DNA of 64,000 bases from Amoebophrya sp. A120 (taxonomy: Eukaryota; Protista; Dinoflagellata), in the NCBI GenBank assembly GCA_905178155.1, contig CAJINV010000001.1:13780664-13844663 (forward strand). Reading direction: 5' to 3'. The notes under the pieces were generated by a model. It had not been told where the DNA came from, made no database searches, and saw only the letters and a program-made list of their open reading frames with translations. Of this stretch, positions 1 through 10,481 are shown piece after piece; position 1 is the stretch's first letter, and the number at the start of each line of letters is the position of its first letter. Position numbers and translations under genes: made by a program.

Positions 1-295
1 TCGTGCATAGATAAGAACACCATTGTTAGGTCGTTACAAACGTGTTCTTATCTATGCACCATTTGGAGGATAAGAACAGCATGTTTGCGAGAACGGGAAC
101 ATCTGGCGCAGAAGATGTCATTCTGCTTCGTGCCAGCCACCAATTTCAGGTCGTTACAAGCGTGTTCTTATCTTTGCACGGCGTGGAGGATAAGAGCAGC
201 AGTGTTCGAGAGCGGGAACATTTGGCGCAGAAGCTCCAACTCTGCTTCATGCCAAAACATCAATGCCAGGGCGTTGCAGTAGGTGTCCTTATCTA
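1..295. repeat. Diverged ~120-bp tandem repeat (2 clear units plus partial units)
   Basis: AGGTCGTTACAA.CGTGTTCTTATCT.TGCAC...GGAGGATAAGA...GGGAACAT.TGGCGCAGAAG starts at 28 and again at 148; a weaker third start lies near 268. Confidence 0.75.
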
Positions 296-1049
296 CCTCT
301 CCGAAGCGTTCAAACGAGTACCAGGCGGGAAGCTTTCAGGGTCTTCTGCCAGTGCGTCCACCATCGCCGCGAAAGCGGTGCCAATGGTGAGTGAGTGGGG
401 CGGTGGGTGGGAGATTGGGTTGCGCTTGAAGAGTTCCAAGGGGTCACGAGGGGCCTGCGCACCAAGTCCGCACGAGCCGGCTTGCGGCCTTTTTTGGGTT
501 GCGAGTACGTAGGGCCCGGGGCCGCGGAAAAGATGCTCGCCTGCGCCGGATGGCTGTGTTGTGAGTGCCCGTTGGGCGCGTCGATCTGCGCAGTGGGGGG
601 GCCTCATTAGTCTAGGTCTAGGCTCGCCGGGGTGCTGAAATGCCTGCTGGTTCCTCTAGAACGACGCCTGGGCCGCGTGCAAAAACCCACCAGGGGAGGC
701 AACAGCACTTCTACGCAGGCGCGACCATAAAAACTGCAGCGCCTGCGTTGGCGCAAAAAAAAAAGGCAAATCCCGACGGTATGCTGCGAATTTCTTTAGG
801 GATAAGAACAGTGCTGAAGATCACCTATTTCGTCTCTATATAGAGAAAGAGAGGAGCGCGCGTTCGCCCTGTAAGTTTGGAGCGCGTTTCAGCAATGATT
901 GAATCTGTAAGTGCAGCGCGTCCCCCCCCCGTCCAGTTTGTTTCGACTGCGATGAAGACTGGTTTTGGGTAGTTTATGATTTTTTAACAGAAGCTAGCTG
1001 GTCACATCAAAAGATCTTATCATCTCCCACTGCAATAAACGATGGCCAA

Positions 1050-1925
1050 ATGGCGCCGGGCTACGTGTCCAGGTATTTGAGCGATTTTTTGTCGACTCTT
1101 TTGGACACGATCGCCAAACCGGGGGCGGTGCAGAAATACTACTCGGACGGAAACGCGGACACGGACCACGAGGGCGAACTCATCACCGAAGCAGACGTGC
1201 AGCGGGCGCAAAGCTACCTCCGCACGCTGAAACACCTGCAGTGCACAGAATCCGTGCCGAAATACGAGATCGACAAGTTTTTTGGACGTTACAAGGGGCC
1301 GAAAGCGCAGGAATTTTCCGAGGCCTACAAATTTCTCCATCAGGAAGAGGCGCACATCCCAGCGAACAGCAAACTAGGCACCTACGGCACGGAAAATCCG
1401 AGCACGACGGAAGGGAAAACCGGGGAGTCCGAGGGGATTCCGAAACCCGGCGCGGAGGGCGTGATCGGGCCGGATCCGGAGAGAAACGCGAAGCTCCTCG
1501 CCGAACGCAAAAGCCGCGTTGCAGACGCGTTTTTCGCCCTTTTCCAAAGTGGCGTCGGAGCGGCGAAGATTTTCGTGGACGACACGAATAAGAAGAATTT
1601 CGGCGACCTGGTGCTGTTCCCGAAAGACGCGAAAGTAGTCGACGGCGCGCAGCGGGCGCGCTTGGACGTTTCGGTAGGCTGGGACTGGAACCGAGGATCC
1701 GAGCACTACGCGGGTAGCTCCGCCGTTCGATATTGGCACGTCGCGGCGGGACCGGAGAAGGACGCGAAGGTCGAATACTGGCGGCCACCCGAGAGCCCGA
1801 CAGAGTTCCCCACGCCCTGCCGGTGTTGGAAGGACGACGCGCTCAGTTGCAAGAAAAAGCTGCGGACGTATTTGGAGGGCCACGTGGCATTTTTGAAACG
1901 AAGGCTGCAGGCACAGCAAGCGTAA
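1050..1925 (+). CDS. Hypothetical protein (291-aa ORF; may have an upstream exon)
   Basis: Long GC3-rich ORF with protein-like composition. The frame stays open back to a candidate acceptor TTTTTTAACAG at 990. No family recognised. Confidence 0.6.
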   Translation: MAPGYVSRYLSDFLSTLLDTIAKPGAVQKYYSDGNADTDHEGELITEADVQRAQSYLRTLKHLQCTESVPKYEIDKFFGRYKGPKAQEFSEAYKFLHQEEAHIPANSKLGTYGTENPSTTEGKTGESEGIPKPGAEGVIGPDPERNAKLLAERKSRVADAFFALFQSGVGAAKIFVDDTNKKNFGDLVLFPKDAKVVDGAQRARLDVSVGWDWNRGSEHYAGSSAVRYWHVAAGPEKDAKVEYWRPPESPTEFPTPCRCWKDDALSCKKKLRTYLEGHVAFLKRRLQAQQA

Positions 1926-1936
1926 AAATATTGACC

Positions 1937-3083
1937 ATGGTCGGCGGTAGTTGGTCATCGGTTCTTTCCTCAACATCGGGGGGAGGATTGCTCCAGCAGC
2001 TGCTGGATGAGGGATGGGATTCTCTGATGCGAAGCACAAGCAGCCGTAAAGCCGGACGGGGCTGCATTGCTGATCTTCCGCCGGTTCTTCACGAGAGGAG
2101 AGCACAACATGCTTCCGCCTTCTTTGCAGCTCCCTCGTCTGGCAGCGGACCACATGGGACTAGAAGTACACGTCAAGAGCAAGACCTAAATTCACAACCA
2201 TCCGGTTTTTTTGAAATAAGAAAAACGAAAACAAAAGCCTTCAAGAGGACACAACTACGCACTGCGTTCAAAGAGGACGACCTGGGCAAAGTGACCGACC
2301 AAAAAGAGGACGGGAAAACGGAACCGGAAAAAGATCCGCCCATGCCCAAGTGGGCCAATACGGAGGGTTATGGGACCGTGAAAGTGACGAAACCCAGCGA
2401 TTACTACACTTTGGACGACATTGAGGACCCGGTCTACGCGTGCAAAGTTGACGACTTCAAGCCCGCGGCCGCGCACCCCATGCTGAAAATCAAGAAAGAG
2501 TTTCTCGACGCTAACGCGGACTTCAAGAATAACGTCTATTTCTACAAGGTGCGGACTCGTCTGCTTTGTTGATGTTTTTTTATGACGGACTTTGTTTTGT
2601 AGTTCCTCTTCCTCTCAGCAGTATATCAAGAAAGCGAAAACGTGAAGACATTGTCAGGAAATTATCTCAAATCGTTTTCCATGAACGTACCTGCAGGTAC
2701 AGCTTGGCGCAGACAAGGACGGGAAAGTGGACGAGGACAACATCCTGTGGGACGGCACTTACGCCGTCGGACGTTTCAAAGAAACCGACCTCTCCAACTC
2801 CATGTTCGCCACGGACGGGAAGCGGAAGACCTTCTGGAAATTTTGCCCGAAGGAGGACAGCGGCAAGTACCGACTCGTCGTCGAGGCGCAAGACAAAAGG
2901 GGAAAACCGATCCCCGGCTGGACCCCGGAGGGCGGCACCTCGGAAATCACCTGCACGAAGGGCAAGGAGGGGCAGAAACACCCGCTGGGGGAACCGCCAG
3001 AGGGTGGCGCGACCGAAACGGACGAGGAAAAAGCGGCGAAGAAGGAAGAAATGGACAAAATGGAAGAAGGGAAAGAGGAGTGA
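1937..3083 (+). CDS. Hypothetical protein, 2 exons (may be the 3' part of the 1050 gene)
   Basis: GT-AG intron 2549-2696 joins ...NNVYFYK to VQLGADKDGKVDEDNILWDG... in frame; stop at 3083. Start codon uncertain. Confidence 0.6.
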
Positions 3084-3664
3084 GCTGCGCCGAGTAAGTA
3101 GATTTTGAAATTAACATGTTTGTGTTTCAAAAACCAAAAACCCGGAGCTTCGATTTTGGATTTTGCGTTTCAATGGACAAAAGGTGTGGTCAGTTTCCTT
3201 CTACTACAAGAATTGCCCCACCACGAGGAAGAGTCAAGCAATACAGCAGTACCTAGCGCATGATCCATGTAAGTAGTTGCGGTCGTGGGTTTCAGTGTGG
3301 TTTTAGGGACTGCAAATACCACAAAAAATTGTGACAATTTTTTCCGTGAGAGTGAGTGGTGCATGAGAAGCGCGAAGTCAGTGAGTAGGTAATACAGATC
3401 GGACGACTTGGAACCAATCCTGACAGATAATTAAATTTGTCGGAGAGAGCGGGACTCAGAGTCACAGTAGCACCGGTGGACGCGGAAGATGCTGAGAGAC
3501 GGCAGCTATCGAGGGGTGTGTCGGGTTTTTCCTCTATACCTTGCAATTTTCGTTGACTGCATTCTTGCTTCAGAAAGCAAATGAAGTTTCCTTTCTTGGA
3601 TGTTGCAGAAATCTGTCCGAGACACGCGTGTGCTAGCTGGTTTTCGTTTTTCCTTTTCGCCGGC

Positions 3665-6040
3665 AGTAGCCAGGAGTCAGAAAGTGAAACCCTGGAGCGC
3701 CTGGCTGCTGCAGTCGCACGTCCTTGTGAAGAAGTTTCTTCACCACAACTGTATAAAGAAATAAAGAGAATGCATACCTGCTTCACCTATCCACGCGAGA
3801 CGCTGTGGACTTCTGCGAGCATTCGTCGCAGCAACGGTTTGAATTCGCGGTAAAAATCCAGGATTTTCCGGTACTCCTTCACTGCCTTCCCAGCACCATT
3901 CTTTCAACGTTTCGACCGAGACATCACCGAAGATGTCGTTTTCAACTCTCTCTTCCAGCACAAGCACCGCGAGGCCATTCAGTAGATTTGTGCTCTGCTC
4001 CTTCCTGTTCCGCCAGCGGTGTTCTTCCCAGTTCTTCTTCCTAACATTACCATCTTCCCTTGTCGCCGGCATGGAATTCATGAGTCCCCTGCAGCAGGGA
4101 CACGGCGACTTACGTGTGCAGCTGAAATCCTGGAATTTTCATTCCACAAACGACCCATCCACCGTGTGGACAGAGGACAAAAAACCCGTCACCGCACTAG
4201 TTGACCCCGCGGCGGGCTATTTGGCGGCGAGCCCCGATTTCCTAGACACACTGGACTCGCTACTCGACTACGATACGCGGGATGGCGACCGGGTCTGCTT
4301 TGACACGCGGGCGGACTTGAAATCCGGGCTGCCGACCCTGCGGATAGATTTCCCGGTGGTCGGAACGGGCAGTGCGCCGGGCGGGGCAGCTACTTCCGCA
4401 GAAGGACAAGCTGCAGAAGACACGGCTGCTTCGGCGCCGGTGGACATCGATCCCGATCAGTAGTGAGTTTACTTACAAGTTCTTCCGTGCATTTTAGCCG
4501 TACCTATGTATCTATGCTTTGCATTGCTTCTAGAAGTAGGAGAAGTGGCACTCGAAAGCAATTTTTCCAACGCACAGAAAACACCTCAGAAGACAACGAC
4601 CAAACATCCAGGTACACCGAGCAAGATAAGAAGGACCCCGACCGCTGCGTGCGACTGCTTTGGCGACGGTCGCCGGACAAATCCGTTGGACTAGTTTTGG
4701 GTCAACCGTTCTTCAAAACTGCGCTCGTGGGCTACCGGCTCTGCCCGACGGGCGGCGGATGCATCCAAGTGATCACGGTGGCAGACAAGCAAACGTCCTT
4801 GCTCCAAGACCTCGCATTCGGAACGCTGCTGCTGGTCGTTGTGTACTTTGATGTTATATATATATTTTTGCTCGATGTTGTCGTAGAAGTTGTCTTCCCT
4901 CTAACCCACTACCACTGTAGTCTGATCAGATTCATTGCTGACATTCAGGAGGCAAGCGTCTGCAATTTTTATCTATTACCAGTTTGACTTTGACGGTAAC
5001 GGTTCCACAGGTTTTTCGCGCTGGTCAGCTATACCATCGTCACGCGTAAGAACCGAGATTCCGAGCGGTGGAGCCGCGGCACACCATCGGAGGATTCCGG
5101 CTCCAGTCCGCATTTTGTTTGCCACGTCGAGTCCCCGAGCGGCGAATTCGAGGGGTACTACACGGGCGGGAACGCAACGCCGGACATCACCTGCGTAATC
5201 CAGAGCCCCTTGAGTTCCGATGAAGACGCCAGCCCGCGCTTCGACCTGATCAACTACGAGAACCTCGGGAAGGAAGTGGTGCGCCAGTGCTTTTCCGCGG
5301 ACTCACCGCCTCCAACCCGGATGTCCGGGCTGATCTACAGCGGGGCGGCGGGAACGGGCTCGTCGTCCAGCTCTGCGATGAGACAACACGAAGAGGACCA
5401 AGTGGGAATAGTTGTACCTGGATCAACGTCTTCTTACAATAGCAAACACAATCCGGTCGTTCTCGTCCCCTACGGAAATAATTCGTCGCGGAACACGAGC
5501 GGCATTCTCGGTCTCGGTGCCGCGGAATATAGCCACCGGGTGTCCGTCAGCAGTGCGTTGAGCGACCAGGCGGACGAGCTGGACTCAAATCGGCGGTTTA
5601 CAGCCACGAAATCCAACAGTTCGTCCTGGATGCTGCCGAACGGGGGCGCGGACCAAATGTTCTTCCAGAATTACATCCCACCCCACACGTTGCACCGAGC
5701 AGCGCAGGGCGCCGGGTTCACGAGTCAAGGGCCGCCCGCGCAACGGGCGAAAACACATGTGGGAACCGGTGCGAATACGAATGGCGCGGCAACCGGAAGT
5801 AGCGGAGCTGCAAATAATATCCAGGGTCGCGTGACATTTCCGAGCGCGGTGCCACCAAATGAAGATGCGTCGAACCCAGCAAGCCAGCCAGCGAGCAAGA
5901 ATTCGCTATTGAAAATGCTTTCAGACGTCTTCAAATCTACCTCGGCAGATGACAATCGGGCGTCCGGGATGACGAGGTCATCACGCGATAGCTCGAAGGA
6001 ACAGCAAAGCATGCTGACACGAAGTTTACTGCGAAAGTAA
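3665..6040 (+). CDS. Pepsin-like (A1) aspartyl protease-fold membrane protein, probably catalytically degenerate; 5' end unresolved
   Basis: GT-AG introns 3850-3982, 4460-4611 and 4843-5010 give a continuous frame. It contains A1 C-lobe-like motifs RFVLC, ALVDPAAG (at the ALVDSGTS position), LPTLRIDF, IDPDQY and VLGQPFFK, then a TM helix (LAFGTLLLVVVFFALVSYTIV) and a Ser/Gly-rich tail. Confidence 0.55.
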
Positions 6041-7057
6041 ATTTCTTTGGTCAAGAACTGAAAGATTCAGTGTTTAGATTTTTTTTTGTTTTTGAACCAA
6101 CATTGTTTGTTGAGTGGAGGTGTATGCAATGTGTAGGTAAATGAACGTGTTGGTAGATGATAGTCAGTGACGACACAACTTCCCAGGCATGATGCATGTT
6201 ATGATGTGTTTCATGCGTTTACATATACACTTACACTTTTCTTTTTCATTCTTGTTGATATTGCATTCTAGTGCATGCCCATGCAACGCGCGTGGCCATA
6301 GCGGTACAACCGGCTATATAGTCCTCCAGCAAAGAATGTACCTCTTTTTGACTTTTTGGATCCTCATATGAAACTGATACCGGAATAAAAACCGACGCAC
6401 GTGATACCTCACTCAAGAAACTTCGCCGCAACATTCAACGAGCTTCGTTCTCAAGGAGCATCGTGATCATGTTCATTTCACCGGCGATCCCATCAAAGTT
6501 CCGTTAGATGGTCATCCTCCGAGATGCGATATTTGCGAGATCCCTTACACAGTAGCGATATGTGCGATAGTATTTGTGATATTTGCGAGATTATTTTCAG
6601 TAGAACAGTACTAAAGGGTTGCCTTTATAATTCTTTTCGGATCCTCTTCCTCAGGTGGAAGTGGAAGTCAAGGCTGGTCATCTTCTTACTAGTCAGTGGC
6701 ACGAGTTGGACTTGATCTACGTCTTTGTGCTCGTTTGTAGAAATAGCTGCACCGAATTCTTGTATTGGGCGTAGCTAGTGGTCGTACAGTACTACACGTT
6801 TTGTTGTGTGCTGACTAGAACGGAAATCACCATCACGACGAGCAGGAGCACCAGCCAGCGAACAGGATGTCGGCCACGCGTTGACTACTGCACTAGGATC
6901 TTAATCCTACTGTTGTACATACGTAAATAAAAAGTGTAAAGCTGTCTTCCAAACTCGATCTGGTTGTACCTTTTTTACCTGTGTCTGCTTGTAAGCAGCA
7001 CCAAAACAAAGTCAAACACAAAGTTATTCTTGTCGTATCTGATTTTTGTCGCCGAAG

Positions 7058-7804
7058 ATGAATATTCACATTCGGATCGGAGGATACCCAGCACAGCCAG
7101 CCGCTCCCGCCGTCACCAAAAATGCAACGGGCGGCGACATCGTCACCGATCTGCGCGACGCCGTGATCGCACCATTCCTCGGCAAAAAGGACATTGTGTA
7201 CGAGTCCGCCTGTCTGCAGATTCACTGCGAGCACGATGAGTTTATGGCTTTCGTGAAGCCCTGTAAGCTAATCGGCTTCCATGATCCCTCGAGTGGCGCC
7301 CTTTGTCCCTGGGAACGGGGCCGCATGTACGTGTATTGGAGCTTTCCGTACATGGGTATGTCGAAAGCATGCCAGGAGAGACTGGTGCCGCTCAGCATCC
7401 AGAGAGGACAGGACCCGCAGCCGCCGCCGTCGCCCCAAGAACTCGATGAGCTTTCGCGCGAAGTGAAGAGGAAATTTGCTGAGCATCAAGGGCGCCGCGA
7501 TCAGCACTTCGGAGTGCCGTGTGAGATGCCACTCAGGCAGACCATGCCGATAAACATCGTAGAAGATTCGTGCAAGCGCTCGCTTGTCCGGAACGGCCAC
7601 GACGCTTCGACGAGCGACGAAGAGCTTTTCCGTGACCACGAGAGTTTTCGCATTCCTCTCTTTGCACGCCTGTGGAACCAGCGCACTGGGGAGGTGGTGT
7701 GGACGGTTGACAACAGTGGCACCGGCCCAGTGGAGAACACGGTGAAGAACATGCAGCAGATCTGCAAGCTGTTTCACCACTACCATGACATCGATGAGAG
7801 CTAA
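7058..7804 (+). CDS. Hypothetical protein (single exon, ~248 aa)
   Basis: Long ORF with coding-like codon use; first ATG at 7058; no motif recognised. Confidence 0.6.
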   Translation: MNIHIRIGGYPAQPAAPAVTKNATGGDIVTDLRDAVIAPFLGKKDIVYESACLQIHCEHDEFMAFVKPCKLIGFHDPSSGALCPWERGRMYVYWSFPYMGMSKACQERLVPLSIQRGQDPQPPPSPQELDELSREVKRKFAEHQGRRDQHFGVPCEMPLRQTMPINIVEDSCKRSLVRNGHDASTSDEELFRDHESFRIPLFARLWNQRTGEVVWTVDNSGTGPVENTVKNMQQICKLFHHYHDIDES

Positions 7805-8981
7805 TCATCCTTTGTTTTTGTGTTTGCGCGATAACGACGGCGTTGAGCGCCAGCATCATGTTGAGAGCAAGCATCCGCGGTCGAGGTCGTGCGCAACAAA
7901 GACGGAGATGAACGAAAACGGAAGGGTGATGTCCTAAAACGTCTGTTTGTACATGCGGCCATAGATGAAGATCTCTAGGTCCGCTGGCAGTGATCTGCCG
8001 GAAGGCAAAGATGCGATCGTTATGACTTGGAAGTGCCGGAAGGCAAAAAGAAAAACGCGATCGTAATGGAACTGCGTTATTCATCATGACTTGGCTGAAG
8101 TCGAAGTAAATTCAAAGTAAGATTCATAAGACGAGAACGTCGAAAAAAAGTATACATAGTTTAACTCTAATCATGACTGCGTGTCAGATATGAAGCACAG
8201 GCTTCCCGGAAATTCTTATGTGCGGCATGACAGGTACTCGTACTCCCCACATCCATGACGATGACTCCATCGCTAAATATGGAAAGGTATTAGCAGTGAT
8301 CTGCTACTTTATAGGTTCGATCGCGATCGGGATCGGGGGACGACAGTCTGACGTGTATGCGATGACATCGCGTAATTACAAGAAGAATATCTATCGGGAT
8401 CGCGCGAGCGCGTTCGATATAGGGCTTTCTGGTATGAAAGAGAAAGAGAATAAAGGTCGAGGACCTGAAAACTATATCTATCAAAGTGCGCATGTTTCAG
8501 AATATTCGGTACTGATATGCGTACTGGCGCGTGGTGCGTTTTTTGTTCCATTTTGTTTTTGATTGCCCTAAAAACAAAAAGCATGTAATCATCGATTCGA
8601 GATCAAGGCAGACACTGACAGATCCGGAACGTCCATATTCTTGAAACAAAGTCAAGCGAAAAACTATGTCCTCGGTCGGCACAAATAAGAAGATCCACCA
8701 TGTGATCAGAATTTCATAAAATGATGCCAATGCAGCCCGGAATGTTGTTGATCTCTCTTTTTAATTTCAAGGTTGTCCTTTGTCCAGCGAGCTTGAAAAC
8801 CTTTTCCACACACAGCGAATTTGACACTTTTCGAGTTACGACACTTCCTCTGTGCTTCGCCTGCTGCAATAGGCTAGCATCTTTTCATGCTTTATTTCTT
8901 CTAACAACTCTGACCCGCAAACACACTTTCGTTGTTACCCCCTGTTTTCCCATCTTTTCGAGAAGCGAAATCCAAAGAAAA

Positions 8982-10004
8982 ATGGTCCTCTTCTACACGT
9001 GCCAGACCGACCCGAAGTGGGTGGTTTATTGCGGGGTTGACAAATTTGAAAACGAAAAGCTTCTCCAGAACGGCTTTCCCGAGGACCTTTGGTTCCATGT
9101 GAACAACCTGTCTTCCGCGCACGTGTACCTCAGAATACCGACCGACAAATGGCGAATACTACTTGACCGCTGCTATCCCCCGCACGGTATCCCCGGAAAG
9201 GGCGAGCAGGGGCTCGCCCGCCTAACAGAGGAGGACTATCGTATTGAAGATGATGGTTATTTTTGTTGGTGGTGCTGAATGATGGCGGATACCGGCATGC
9301 GTGTGCATCTGTTTGTGCGTGCGTTTTGAACTTCACAACTTTTTGCAAATGCTTCTCCAAACACTCTACAGGCTCCGTGATACCGGACGACATAATACAC
9401 GAGATGTGCGTTTTGGTGAAAGGGAATTCCATCAGCGGCAGCAAGCAAGCAGAGGTACGCGACGTTTAAGTTTTGTCGCAACTAAGCAAGTAGATGAATG
9501 TGATGAAAAGACTTCCCTGACGCAAAGCGGTCTTTGCTACAGCCTCTTTTTCTAGTGGCTAGAACTACATCGATCGAATCAAAATCCAAATATCAGGTCG
9601 ACATCGTGTGGACCCCTTTCGCAAATCTTCGCAAAGACCAACAGACCATGGACACCGGAACGGTTGGTTTTGTGAACGAAAAGCAAACCTGGTACAAGAA
9701 AAACGTCCCAACGTGCAAGGAGCTGCTGAAAAAGCTGGAAAAGTCGAAGAAGGACATAGACGTCGACTTGCCGGCGAAACTGGACGAGCGGCTCAAGGAG
9801 GAAATTAGCTATCGGAAAAGGAAGATCGCAGCTGCGAAAGAGGCGGAAAAGCTCGAGGTAAAGCAGCGCGCGAAGGAAAAGGAATTGAAAAGCTACGACA
9901 ATCTGCACATGCGCATGGGCGACTGCGTCAGTACAAACGATCTCGGGCCCGGGTACACGGGTACGATAGACGAGTGCCGCGAAGTGGAGGAGGACTTCAT
10001 GTAA
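8982..10004 (+). CDS. CCDC25: CCDC25 / NFACT-R (DUF814) domain protein, 3 exons
   Basis: Motifs YCGVDKFENEKLL, EDLWFHVNNLSSAHVYLR, LVKGNSI, VDIVWTPFANLRK, a charged coiled coil and C-terminal EEDFM. GT-AG introns 9241-9371 and 9455-9596. Confidence 0.9.
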
Positions 10005-10481
10005 ATCGTTGCGTAACGGCAGTATTCATGCTCCTTTTCGAAGAACTTCAATGCCCCCTCAAAGAACAGCGACAGCATTTGTCTTGGGCGACATATTAAG
10101 AACTCTTGATGACTGCAGCATTTACGCAATAGCAAAAAAATCATCACGCAGTGATTTTTTTCCTTTGAAAGACCCTGAATCTGTTCCAAGACCGAGACTG
10201 TTAAAGATCTCTGATTTGACGGTGGCATTATCGTGTTCGCGAAAACAAGTTTTGGTGCTCACGTTCAATTTATTTCTGAAGATCCATGCAGAAAGCGGGA
10301 CTGGAAACTGCATTATATGCAGAATAGGTCTTCACAATTTCGTTCTCAATCCTTGGCACACAGGCTCCTCATTGATTTTTCCGGTGACGACCCCGATCCC
10401 GTTTTGGTTTATATTCCTGTTTTTCTACTCGATGTTTTCTACACAGTCGTTTTTCGCTTTCAACCTTCAAAAGCCATAAGC

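Noticed and set aside
10233-10481. N-terminal extension of the decarboxylase ORF from a non-ATG start
   Set aside because: The ORF track uses bacterial-style starts and this stretch looks like T-rich UTR; ATG 10482 is the likelier start.
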